Source: Antedon mediterranea
Lineage: Eukaryota; Animalia; Echinodermata
Length of the DNA stretch: 64,000 nucleotides
Assembly: GCF_964355755.1 (NCBI RefSeq)
Contig: NC_092672.1
Location: 27,410,437-27,474,436 of the forward strand
Reading direction: 5' to 3'
Position numbers and translations under genes: made by a program. Below are positions 36,549 to 48,495 of this stretch, one piece after another. Each line of letters starts with the position of its first letter. The first letter of the stretch is position 1. A model generated the notes under the pieces. The model had not been told where the DNA came from and did not search any database. It saw only the letters and a list, made by a program, of their open reading frames with translations.

Positions 36549-37920
36549 TAAACAGGAATCTATGTTTGGATAATGGCACAAACCATAGTGACAACATTGT
36601 TTTGCGTATGTCTACCAAACAGCCTTTATAACTTTGACTTTGAAGACAGGTGCCATAACTAAACATTATTATATATAATTGACTGCATACGTGCAGTATT
36701 ATCATTGAAGTAATTTGAAAGTTAATATGTTATCATTTATTTGTTTTGCTGATGGTGGTAAATAAGCACACATCATATTCAGGAACTATCAGTTCAATAA
36801 TATGTTAATAATTAATCAACATTTTTGTAATCATTATTTATCCGCCGTTTACACAACACAACTTCACTACCTGCATTATGGGAGTTTCTGACGTGTTTGA
36901 TTGAAATAATGGTCAGCGCTTAGAGGTTCCACAACATTAGGCTATATAAATCTAGGATATTATTAGTAGTAATAAATAACAATACATCTGAAAACAATTT
37001 CGTAACCTTTACCTACAAATATCATATGTACAGTTTTTAAAACACCATTTTCAAAATCCAAGTAAACAAAAATAGAATTGGATAGTGGCACAAACCATAG
37101 TGACAAATATTTTCTTGTCTTTGGCTTTGAAGCCATTGGCCACAATTGGTAAGCATAGTTAAAAACATTGTACTTAAATTTGAGCGAAAACATACTCTTT
37201 TTATGTACTAAACAAGGTTAATAATAGGTTATGCACTTTATATTATTTTCTATTTGTTTTACTACTGATATCTGGAGTCTAACTAAGCACACATCATATT
37301 CATGAGTTATCGTATGAATCAAAATCATGTATCTCTATTCTTGTACCTAATATGCTACTGTTACTGAGCAAATATTAAAGCAACACCCAATTACAAATCT
37401 TAACATTTGTGTTTTTTTGTTGTTGAAAAGCATATGCCTTACTAGCAACAAGGTCTGGAATGGTCATACAAATCTTTTAAAACCAAAACTACAGTGAAAT
37501 CTAGGAATTTTTTTAAAACCATCGAAAAACCTCATATTTTTGTGAATAATTCAAATACTTTGATTTATAAGCAAAACGTTATTCATTAATGTATTTATTA
37601 TTTTGTAATATTTTACTTAGTGGTACTTTACAAGCACAACTTACAAAACACAAACAAAAGACAGTTATTTTGCGTCTTGCTGTAAAATGATGTTTTGTGG
37701 AGATACAACGTAATAATAAGGTCAATATTTCAAAGTCACATATTCATAATGCAGTTTAATGACAATTTTACTTGTTTTATGACCTTGGTATAAGATGTTT
37801 AAATACAACAATAGTACATCATAATCAAGAAGTGAAGTACAGGTATGTGTGTCATGTCTCATTCCAAAATCAAACTGGTTGAACTGACATTAACTAAAAG
37901 ACTGACCTTATTTTGGCCTT
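36549..37920 (+). repeat. ~1.4-kb segmental duplication, second copy
   Basis: Collinear with 33119-34640. Confidence 0.85.
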
Positions 37921-38184
37921 TAAAGTGCTATGTTACTTAGTGAGTTCCTTATCTACAAGTTGTAAGCAATAAAACTATTATTATATAATCTGTACTGAAA
38001 AATAATTAAGAGAGAGAGTTGTATGTATTGTACAACATAGAGTAGTTACCTTTAGGTTCACTTTGGTGGTTTTCCTACTTAGATATCGGGGTATTACTGG
38101 AAACAAGCATAAGTTTGTGTACTTACTCCAACTTATAAATACCAGATTGGATTAGATTGAACCGGTAACAGGCCTATCGAGCAA

Positions 38185-39086
38185 AGTTATGTCAGGTTTT
38201 CTTGTTGCGACTGCTGAAAACATGAGTCTCCACCACCAAATAACCGATTTGGAATTGACGCAATGAAGGATAATATAGTAAACAATAAAGATCATTTTAA
38301 CTACGTTTGATTGTTCTATATTTCATTTTATCATAGGAGAATACATTATCTAAAAGAGATGATCCATTGAAAACTCTCAAACTCAAAATAGAAGATATGA
38401 TTGAATCTGTCCTCGAAAATGATGACAAAATAGTACCAAGTGACTACAAGACATTTTTAAAGCATAGTTTGTATTGTTGTTTAGGAGATGCTTATATAGG
38501 AGCATTGAAACATTTACAAAGTACTGGCAGAGATGATTGGCATGACTACCTCAATAAATCATTGAAATATTATGAGAAAGAATCAGATCTTGTGTACCCT
38601 GATGGATGGAGTGATCAGGGTATAGGTACTAAAGCTAATGTCATTAAATATTACTATTTAATGAATGATGAGGAAAAACTGAGAGAGATGCTTGCCAAGT
38701 TTGAACCGGTACTTAGAAAAGTCAAAGGAGACAAATATGTAGTGAAGAAACTAAGAAAGTTTTTAATATGTAAAAGTAATGTTACATGGATGTATACTTG
38801 TGCTTGGAAAATGATTGATGAAGACATATTTCATCTTGTTACAACTTTACCCACTACTTTTTACATTAATCCGATTGTTTTTATTTTGTATGTAAGTGCA
38901 AAACTGTCGCTTAAAGAGGGAGACATTTATAGAGCATATGCAAATTTAAATGAAATGAAGTCAAGTTTTACTGTAATTCATATTCCTGATTATGACACAA
39001 CACAATTATTAATTAAAATTATAGAACAGTTATTTGTCAACTATTTGACTTGATTTTGGTTTTTATTCAGACAGCTTGAAAACTAA
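38185..39086 (+). pseudogene. cGLR copy F: C-terminal domain only
   Basis: ORF 38367-39053 aligns with the last ~240 aa of the paralogs; decayed VMSG homology at ~38186; premature TGA at 39051 followed by FWFLFRQLEN*; no NTase part upstream. Confidence 0.9.
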
Positions 39087-39964
39087 ATGTTCTGAAAATC
39101 CACATATTTTTGTTGTTGTCATCAGTAGTTGTGCAAAATATGTTTACACAAAAAAACTACCAAAAAAGTACGTCTGTGTAGGCCTAGTGACCCTTATATT
39201 TCGTGTGTGCTTGTATACACGTATAATTATGTTATTTGTACATAAATTACCCAACATGTTTCATGTCCAACATCCAAACTGTACCATTATTTCTACTTTT
39301 TAAGGATCATGCTAATTTGTTTGTATATTTTTATAGACTCTCTTTATATTTTACGTGGACACGTTTCTATGATAACGTAATTTACTTCTAAATACAGTAC
39401 TCTAAATCTACCTATTTATTAAAGAACGATACGTTTTTTCGATGAAATGCAAGTAGGAAGAACTCACAAAAGACAGAAATAAATATGTTTGATACTGTTT
39501 ACCATACAGTATATTTATTTAATATACCTTTTGCTTTAAATTAGTCAGTAAAATAAGAGTGTTTTTATATGGCAACTAAAAATACCAAATCAAATAACAC
39601 TTAGATAATTTTCAAATACTACAAAGCGTAGACTAATTCATAAGTTTAAAATGTACCCTCTGATACTTTGTTCAGTAAGTAAAACTATTTTGGGTTAATT
39701 AGCATAAATTCAAAATGGATTTTAGACCACCTAAGTGCATTGCGAATATATCTAAATGTGATATTAAACTTTCCAATTAGCATATTTAAATTATGGCTGG
39801 CTCACGACAGTCATACTTCCTTCTTGTAATTTCTATTCCGGAGATGTCCGGTTAGTTCTGAAAATCTAAATCTGAAGAACAGATACGTCTGATACGTAAT
39901 GCTTGACTGTACGGTATGTTTTTAGAACAGTAGATCTACTTTAAAACAAATCCAAGTGACACTA

Positions 39965-40500
39965 TTATAGTCATATATACTTTATTGTCCATTTAAAAAA
40001 CAGAAATGTGATTTGAAAACTGGCAAAATACAAAAATATAAAATACAATTTACAAAAACACACACAAAAAGTTAAGAGGCTAAAAATTGTTAAAATTAGA
40101 TAAAAATTATCGGTTACATTTTACCTTTGTACTCTGGAGTTATATAAGTGTATAGCATTAGGTACAAACGAGCACCTAAACCGTTTTGTTTTGGTATTAA
40201 GTGCACGTAGTCTTATGCCAGAATTCATGAGAGCAAATTGTTTGTGAAGAGGATGTGTTTCATCATCAATGATACTTTTTACTTTTTTTAACACATTTTG
40301 TTTATACAAGGATTCAACATCAGGTAAGTGCTCTCCTACTAGTCTAATTGCTCTATTTCCTATTCGATTAAGTTTAATTTTATCTTTTTGCATTGTATTA
40401 CCATAAAAACAAACATTACAAAAAAGTATTACACTGAGAATTACAGAGTTATAAAACAATTTAAGTATAGTTTTGTCAATTTGTAGGTACTTCATTTTTC
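39965..40500 (-). mobile_element. 3' end of a Rex1/Babar- or CR1-like LINE
   Basis: LKLFYNSVILSV...DETHPLH...SGIRLR...TKRFRCSFVPNAIHLYN; AATAAA on the minus strand at ~39981. Confidence 0.8.
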
Positions 40501-42436
40501 ATTATACATCCATCACAAAAAGTTTGTTTATGGCTGTAAAAATTGTAAACATATACCTTTTTGCTAAACTGACATTGTTATACCTTTAAAAGAAATGAGG
40601 CAATGTTAAATCATAATTATAAAATCAAAAATATTTGTTTACTTATAATATTTTTTTCCAGTATTAAACACAGCCGAGTGGTGGCGCTATACGATCTTAG
40701 ATTATAACCGACTGCGTACATGCGTATCAGCATTGATGTTAACACAAATGTTATAAATTATTTGTTTTCTTGCCTTGGTGTTGGTATCACAACGTTTGAA
40801 TAGCCCTACAGTACATCATGATGTAATTTGTTATGTTACTGTTTATAATCAATAAATATTATAATTCTATTGTGACAATGTGCAACCAAGGTAATCTAGC
40901 AACAGGGTCAAAGGGTTCATCTGTTCAAACCACACTATATAGAAAAGTTTTAGTTTATCTTTATTGCAAAATATCATTGTCCTTCACTTAGTTTAGTAAA
41001 CTGTTTATGTAGCTTCTATGTGTATGGTTTTGCATCGCCCAAGCTTACACGCAAATCTACTGTATATATAACATTTACATAAACTGATGTACAAGGAGAT
41101 ATAAATATAAATAAATGTATAAACCAAATCAATAAACGTTAACAAAAATGTTGGTGTATTATGTGTGTCTCGTTATGTCGGTATCAACAACAAAACAAAT
41201 GGTATCACTATAAAGATTGCTTCTAATAATAAATGACAAATAAATAAATGTGCAATTGCTGAACTCTAACAAATTGTGTTCACATTTAACAATTTTCATT
41301 TAAAACAAGATTTAGTAATAAAAAAAAAACACATTTTTTTTCTAAATTTATGTTATATGTATACAATTGATATGATGATAAAACCTCACTCAAAATCAAT
41401 TCAACATAGATCAATAATCTATTACTTTTCTATGGAGTTATGTTTATAACTCCAAGATTCTTTAAGAAAATATGGAAAATGTATATTTATAAAAACAAAT
41501 AAGATTAGATAATTATCCATGTACTACATATTAGGTTAAATGGTAAAACTCTGTCACAAAATTGATGTTATTCAATTGTTCTGCATCACTAATTTAAATC
41601 CTCACTAAATACTATACTGGCAGTTTATTGACTTCAAACTTTGCTTTAATTCCTGAAATCTAGCTCAGCAAAACAGAGTTCTTCCAGTCTATATCATTTG
41701 CATATATTTTGTTTTATTACAACTTTGAAATTATGACAGTAATGATAGAAGTGGTTTTGGTGTTTGAGCATGTTGTTGTTTTTTTATACATAATTCACCT
41801 TATTGCACATGTTTGTCAATGTCGGTATTAGTGTAATCTAAAAACAGTTTTCTCGAATGATTAAGAGTGCTTTTATAGACACACTATCATTATATCATAT
41901 TACCACAGTGGAAGTCACACACAGTTTGATAGTGTAGACAGTGAATAACTTGAACAAAAAAATGTTGTTAAACATCAAAAAAGTTGTTTTTATTTACGTT
42001 ATGATGATAGTAGGCCTACTAGAAATACAATACTTCCGTTAGAAATATTATATAACAATATGTTGATTAATTGTAGCGATTATACTCAGAAGTTTAATTA
42101 CTATTGGTTATGTTAAGCCGCAGTGCAATATATTATTGAAAAGCTCACATAGACTATTGGGTTGCAATAATTGATCTGTTGATGATTCTAATCCCACAGT
42201 GTCCATGGTTAAATAATCGTTTTCTTTGAAATATATATCACATCAACAATACGTTGTGTAATGTATTGAAGAGTGAATATGTCATATACTGTACATTACT
42301 TGTACTGTAATGGTCTAACGCCATCTATATACATAGTGTTGTGGAGAATGAATAAAGCCTCGGATGCGAGGAAGATGGAGAACGACTAAACCTCGACTCA
42401 CGTGTGTTTACTTGTTGTGCTTTTATTGTTCACATA

Positions 42437-43533
42437 TGTGGGGATTAATCTAATCATGTGATAATTAAATACTGCCCCCTATAGGTGTTGCTGCCCCCTA
42501 TAATTGTAACAGTCTTTTTCAAATGATTTGCTTTCTTTTGTATTCATGAACCGGTCAAGGAAGCAGATAGTTTTGTCTCTTATTTAATTAAAGATCTGAT
42601 TAAAAGGTAATTACTCTACTTTATACATATATTACTTTGTTATACATTTATAAGATTCTGTTATGTTTAAGAAACATTAATGTTGTATTTTAAGATGATT
42701 GCATTCATAGGCCTAGACATTTGTTTTGGGTTAACCTTGACTCATGGAATGTGCAGTTAGGAAGCCTATTGAATAGTATTGTGTTACAATCTTTGAACTA
42801 GGATTTTATGCCATATAATGTTATAATATATACTTTTGTGATAAACCTTCTTTGTATTAACAAAATATGTTTAGATAGATTTAGTAATGTTTAGTTTATA
42901 GAAGATAGTTTCTAGTTAACAGTTTGTATAAAATAGTTCATCCTACAGTTCACACTTGATTAATTTGTATACACGAGGCTACCATGCTCGTGATAGATCG
43001 TCATGTAGTGCGCCCTCTATTTATCATACAAAATGGCTGCGCCCATGGATTTGTTATTGTTTATATATTTTACACAAACCTAAGATTATAACTCCTTGAT
43101 TCAATGAATAGACTAAGTTTAGTATTCAAATAGTGTGAGTAAATTCCAACATGCATTTATTCTAGTAATATAATAGTAATATTCAGGCACTTATGATGCA
43201 ATTGTGTAGGTAATTAATTAGGTATTTGTATACTCTAACAAAGTATACAGAGGCTGTTTAGGTAGACGTGCCGTTTGATGTAATAGTCGCAGTCCTCAGA
43301 GAGAATCCTTTTTATTAGAGTCGCCTGTTAAGTGAGGTCGTTACTAAGAATTGGCTTGTATTTTAGAATATTATTTACTTTTGTTTCTCATTGTATTTAT
43401 TTTGTGGTTTTCAGGACCATACTGATCTCTAGTGTTATGCTAAAAACAAATTAAAACCAAATACACCACCGGACCGTGGTAAAAGTGAGAAAAGGCGTGT
43501 TTTTTCTTTTGTGTTGTCGTCCACATCCGTACA
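42437..43533 (+). repeat. 5' LTR of Gypsy element 2
   Basis: Direct repeat of 48496-49591. Confidence 0.95.
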
Positions 43534-43588
43534 ATTTGGTGTCAGAAGTGGGATCGTGGATCGTATTTGGCTTTAACATTAGAGATCA

Positions 43589-44515
43589 GTGATGGCAAGC
43601 AAGGCATCGTTGCGAGATGTGCAGAGGACGGTTGATGAGCTAAGAGCCGAACTAGAAGCAACTAGGCGTGCTGCCCATGGGAATGGAAACACAGTATATG
43701 TTCTCCCAGAGAAGAAGATGAGACACTTTGTGGGAGCCGAAGGGGAATGTGTAGAGTCCTTTGTTGAAGACATCAAGGCAGCTATAAAAGTCAGAAAATT
43801 GCGAGGACAGAATGCAGCTGATTTTGTTGTTTCTCACCTAGAAGGCGCCGCACGAAGAGAAATTAGGCATCGTCCACGGGTAGCAGATGACTCGGAGCTA
43901 ATACTTAGGACCTTACAAGATACCTTTGGCGAGCGGATGTCACTAAATACCATTATGAGGCAGATATATAATGCCATTCAGAAGAGAGGACAATCCATTT
44001 CGGATTATGCATTCGTTTTGCTAGGATTTTCAGAGAAGTTGGGTAGAATTCCAAATGCTCCAGATCCTGAACGAACAATTCGAGACCAGTTTTGTGAGGG
44101 TTTAGCCGATAGCGTGTTACGAAGAGAGCTGAAAAAGATGTTAAAGGACGATCCAGGTGTTACTTTCTTTAGGTTAAGGGATTGGGCGATGGATATGGAG
44201 GAGGAAGATGGCCTTCATCGAAAACCTGTAAAAGCTTATTCTTACGTCACCGAAGCAGATGATCAGATTTTGAAAACATTAGAAAATCTCTCGCTGGCAG
44301 TAAAGATGCAAACGGAGATTACAGAAGACATTCGTAATAAACAGGAAGAATTCACTAACCGGCTAGAAAAGTTAGAGAACCAATCCAAAGAAAGAACACA
44401 GAGAAAATCTACAAGGCGAGACAAATCCACTGTTCAGTGTCACCGATGTAAACAGATGGGACATTATGCTAGCGAATGCCCTAGTCCATGTGTAGTATCG
44501 AGTTCGGAAAACTAA
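43589..44515 (+). CDS. gag: Gypsy Gag with CCHC zinc knuckle
   Basis: HLEGAARREI, Q..GQSISDY, CHRCKQMGHYASEC; first ATG at 43592; ends GGAAAACTAA overlapping pol in the -1 frame. Confidence 0.92.
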   Translation: MMASKASLRDVQRTVDELRAELEATRRAAHGNGNTVYVLPEKKMRHFVGAEGECVESFVEDIKAAIKVRKLRGQNAADFVVSHLEGAARREIRHRPRVADDSELILRTLQDTFGERMSLNTIMRQIYNAIQKRGQSISDYAFVLLGFSEKLGRIPNAPDPERTIRDQFCEGLADSVLRRELKKMLKDDPGVTFFRLRDWAMDMEEEDGLHRKPVKAYSYVTEADDQILKTLENLSLAVKMQTEITEDIRNKQEEFTNRLEKLENQSKERTQRKSTRRDKSTVQCHRCKQMGHYASECPSPCVVSSSEN

Positions 44516-46797
44516 CATCACCCAGCTACAAGAGCCGTGTCCTGGGTGAGTGTGAGAGTGAAAATGGCTCAGTGGAGCCCAACGTATCTAATTTAATTGG
44601 AACCTGTCCAACTGTAAATATCAAACTATTTGGGAGACAAGTGGAAGCGATACTAGACACCGGTTCTCAAGTTACCACATTGTCTGAAGACTACTTCCAT
44701 GAACATTTCAACCATATCTCGTTGGAAAAGCTAAATTGGCTTACAATTCGGGCTGCAAATGGGTCATCTATACCCTATGCAGGTTATTTCATATCCGACA
44801 TCGAGTTGAACGGAGCGGTTATTTCGAACTGTGGTATACTAGTAGTAAAGACGTCAACTAGGTTTCCAATGTTATTGGGGATGAATGTCATCAAACACTT
44901 CACATCTGACATAGAGAAGCAACTTAATTTTACCAAACCACCAATCAATCTACCGCAAGCCATTCAAGGCTTATTACGTGTTGATATACCAAAAAGCATA
45001 GTCGTTCCACCTACAAGCGCTATTTACGTTCCAGTAACTGGTCCTATGTGCTCTGAGAGTGAAGTGCTCATAGAACCAATCGAAAATACTCCGAAAGGAC
45101 TTGTCACCAGTTGTTCCCTGGCAAGTATAAAGAATGGACGCCTTAATGTACAAGTAGTAAATGTAACTGATGAGGTGATATGGCTGAAACCGAGAACACC
45201 TGTTGGTAAAGTTCAAACTGTTGTTATGGTCGACGATGGAAGTGTGTGTATGGACAGAATCAGCGTGGATAGTAATGATGTATATTCTCTATCTCTGGAA
45301 ACATCCTGTAAAGAACAAGTTTTTAAACAGCTTTGGAATGGACTAAGCAATGAAGAACAAAAATCAGCTAAAGCCTTTCTGTTAAAGCATGCAGATATAT
45401 TTGCTGAAAATGATAAAGACCTTGGCCATACAGATAAAGTAAAGCACCACATTCAACTTTCCGATGAAACTCCAATCAAACAGCCATATCGGCGCATACC
45501 ACCATCACAATTGGAAGAAGTACGAGAGCATATTAGGAAGTTGCTGAAGAAAAATGTTATTCGAGAGAGTACCAGTCCGTTTGCCTCGCCAATTGTTCTT
45601 GTTCGTAAACCAGATGGTTCATTAAGATTGTGCGTTGATTATCGCCAGTTAAATAAGAAGACAATCAAAGATAGTTATCCCATTCCACGTATTGATGAGT
45701 CTTTGGATGCTCTTCATGGCGCTAAATGGTTCACTTCAATTGACTTAATTTCCGGTTATCATCAGATAGAAATGGAAGACAAAGACAGAATAAAAACCAG
45801 TTTCACTACTCCTTTTGGATTATTTGAATATAACCGTATGCCATTTGGACTGTGCAACGCTCCTGGCACTTTTCAACGACTTATGCAAGCCTGTCTTCGT
45901 GATCAATTTTTCAAATCCGTTTTGTGTTATTTAGATGACATACTGATTTATTCTAGTAGTTTTGAGGATCATCTAGAACACCTTGATGTTGTTTTCAATC
46001 GACTACGAGAATTTGGACTGAAGATAAAACCAAGTAAATGTGACTTATTTTGTCCAAAAGTTAAATATCTAGGACATATTGTAACCAGAGATGGAGTTGC
46101 AGCAGATCCAGAAAAGCTGACTGCAGTAAAAGATTGGCCTGTACCTTCCACTGTGAAAGAGTTGCGTTCATTTTTAGGTTTTTGTTCGTTTTACCGACGA
46201 TTTGTACCTGGTTTCTCGCAGATAGCTGGACCTCTACACAACCTAGTTGCAGAGTCTTTGAAAGAGATTAAGGAGAAGAAATTTGTTAATTTTAAATGGA
46301 GGCCCAAACACCAAAGTGCATTTGAGGTGTTGAAGACCAAGCTCTGTTCAGAACCAGTACTTGCTTATGCAGATTTTACCTTGCCTTTCGAAGTAGAAAT
46401 AGATGCATCATTTATTGGGTTGGGAGCGGTGTTGTCACAAGTACAGGATGGGAAAAGACGTGTAATCGCATATGCAAGCCGAACGTTACGAGGTGCAGAA
46501 CGAAATATGAAAAAGTATTCTAGTATGAAGCTGGAAATGCTGGGAATGAAGTGGGCAATTTCAGACAAGTTTCGTGATTATCTTTTAGGAAACAAATTTA
46601 TTGTGTTTACAGACAATAATCCGTTGGCTCACCTTAACTCTGCCAAGTTAGATGCAGTTAGTCAGCGATGGATTAGCGAGTTGTCATCTTTTAATTTTGA
46701 AGTTCATTACAAGCCGGGGAAAAACAATCAAGCAGCAGACGCTCTATCTCGAAGAGCTCACAGAGAAGACCCCGTTATAACTTCCGAAGACTTCTGA
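44488..46797 (+). CDS. pol: Gypsy Pol: protease, RT, RNase H (-1 frame relative to gag)
   Basis: ILDTGS, FASPIVLV, RLCVDYR, MPFGL, YLDD, IDAS, TDNNPL, ADALSR. Confidence 0.95.
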   Translation: MCSIEFGKLTSPSYKSRVLGECESENGSVEPNVSNLIGTCPTVNIKLFGRQVEAILDTGSQVTTLSEDYFHEHFNHISLEKLNWLTIRAANGSSIPYAGYFISDIELNGAVISNCGILVVKTSTRFPMLLGMNVIKHFTSDIEKQLNFTKPPINLPQAIQGLLRVDIPKSIVVPPTSAIYVPVTGPMCSESEVLIEPIENTPKGLVTSCSLASIKNGRLNVQVVNVTDEVIWLKPRTPVGKVQTVVMVDDGSVCMDRISVDSNDVYSLSLETSCKEQVFKQLWNGLSNEEQKSAKAFLLKHADIFAENDKDLGHTDKVKHHIQLSDETPIKQPYRRIPPSQLEEVREHIRKLLKKNVIRESTSPFASPIVLVRKPDGSLRLCVDYRQLNKKTIKDSYPIPRIDESLDALHGAKWFTSIDLISGYHQIEMEDKDRIKTSFTTPFGLFEYNRMPFGLCNAPGTFQRLMQACLRDQFFKSVLCYLDDILIYSSSFEDHLEHLDVVFNRLREFGLKIKPSKCDLFCPKVKYLGHIVTRDGVAADPEKLTAVKDWPVPSTVKELRSFLGFCSFYRRFVPGFSQIAGPLHNLVAESLKEIKEKKFVNFKWRPKHQSAFEVLKTKLCSEPVLAYADFTLPFEVEIDASFIGLGAVLSQVQDGKRRVIAYASRTLRGAERNMKKYSSMKLEMLGMKWAISDKFRDYLLGNKFIVFTDNNPLAHLNSAKLDAVSQRWISELSSFNFEVHYKPGKNNQAADALSRRAHREDPVITSEDF

Positions 46798-48432
46798 CAG
46801 ACAGCTGGAATGACCAGTCTCCCTGAACGTTTAGCTAATCACAATTCCAGTTCTATAAACATCCAAACACATGTACAAGCACTCAAGGCGATACCCGTAT
46901 TTCCTGGCTACGACAACCAACAGCTGGCTGAATTTCAACGGAAAGATTCATCCATTGCAAGACTTTGGCACTACATTAGTCTCAACCGTAAACCTAACCC
47001 TGACGAGAGAAGCAATGAAACCGAGGAAGTTCGACTACTTCTACGACAGTTAGATCGTATAAAAGTCAGAGATGATCTACTTTACCGAGTGAGCGCTGAT
47101 GGCGACCAGTGGCAATTCATTCTACCTGACGTATTAAGAGAAGATGTCATGAAAGCCTGTCATGATCAAACAGGTCACCAAGGAGCAAACCGAACTTTAG
47201 GTTTAATACGCAAACGTTGTTTCTGGCCGAAGATGTATGAGAACATAACTTCATGGTGTGAACAGTGTGACCGATGTTCAAAGGCTAAAGTTGGTCCTAA
47301 AGTCCGGGAACCGTTAAGAAGTATCGTCGCTTCAAAACCAAATGAAGTTGTTGCTGTTGACTTTACTTTACTTGAGAAGGACTCTACCGGAAAAGAAAAC
47401 GTGCTCGTGATCACCGATGTCTTCTCCAAGTACACATTAGCTGTTGCAACCAAAAACCAAACCGCAGAGACAACAGCAAAGATACTGGTAAGGGAATGGT
47501 TCACCAAGTTTGGTATTCCTCAAAGACTCCACTCCGACCAGGGACGGAATTTTGAATCTTCACTTATTCGTTCACTTTGTACAATGTATGGAGTAACCAA
47601 GACAAGAACAACACCGTACCATCCTGAGGGAAACGGACAAGCAGAACGATTCAACAGAACTCTGCATGATCTATTGAAATCACTACCAAGCAATCAGAAA
47701 CGAAGATGGTCCGAACATTTGCCTGAAGTACTTTATGCCTACAATGTAGCTGAACATTCATCAACTGGTTTTTCTCCATTCTTCTTGATGTTTGGAAGAC
47801 AACCTAAACTACCTATCGATTTTCTGTTAAATAACCACCCAGAACAAATAGTAGCGGTACCTGAAGAGATAAATGATTGGTTAGCCTCGAGTATGGAAAC
47901 CATGAAGATGACGTATGAGAAAGCAGGGGAGCGTCTCAAACAGGAAGCAGAGAACCGGAAGAAGATCTACGACCAGAAAGCTAAAGAGAAACCGTTGGCA
48001 ACGGGTACAAAAGTCTTTACCAAGTCGCATCCACTAGGGAGACACAAGATTGCTGATGAATGGGACCCAGCAATTTTTGAAATTATATCCAGACCTGGAG
48101 GTAACACTTCTTACACTGTTAAACGTGCAGATGGTACTGGTGGAGAGAGAACTGTTCATCGTCGCGAAATAAAACCATGTCCTTTGGTGTACCAACAACC
48201 AGAGCAAGAAAATCAACAACCAATGTCCTATGTGTTCGGTAACTCGCAGTCCGATTCTGATGGCGTTAGTTCAGACGATACACCTCGACGCAGCATCCGA
48301 CTAAGGAAGAAGTTTAATCAAAGATGTCAATCAGTACATGGATCCAATGATATGCTCAACCAACGTCTAGTTAATATTAATGATATTTTGATAAGTGTGC
48401 GTACCAAATGTAAAATGTTTCTGCATATTTAG
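46798..48432 (+). CDS. pol: Gypsy integrase, same frame as Pol behind a single TGA
   Basis: HDQTGH...CDRC, VAVDF, TDVFSKY, LHSDQGRNFES, GNGQAERFNRT. Confidence 0.9.
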   Translation, partial: QTAGMTSLPERLANHNSSSINIQTHVQALKAIPVFPGYDNQQLAEFQRKDSSIARLWHYISLNRKPNPDERSNETEEVRLLLRQLDRIKVRDDLLYRVSADGDQWQFILPDVLREDVMKACHDQTGHQGANRTLGLIRKRCFWPKMYENITSWCEQCDRCSKAKVGPKVREPLRSIVASKPNEVVAVDFTLLEKDSTGKENVLVITDVFSKYTLAVATKNQTAETTAKILVREWFTKFGIPQRLHSDQGRNFESSLIRSLCTMYGVTKTRTTPYHPEGNGQAERFNRTLHDLLKSLPSNQKRRWSEHLPEVLYAYNVAEHSSTGFSPFFLMFGRQPKLPIDFLLNNHPEQIVAVPEEINDWLASSMETMKMTYEKAGERLKQEAENRKKIYDQKAKEKPLATGTKVFTKSHPLGRHKIADEWDPAIFEIISRPGGNTSYTVKRADGTGGERTVHRREIKPCPLVYQQPEQENQQPMSYVFGNSQSDSDGVSSDDTPRRSIRLRKKFNQRCQSVHGSNDMLNQRLVNINDILISVRTKCKMFLHI

Positions 48433-48495
48433 TGTAATCTTACATTTTATTTCATAATATTAAGTTTGAGGACAAACTCAGCTTAAACAGGGGAG

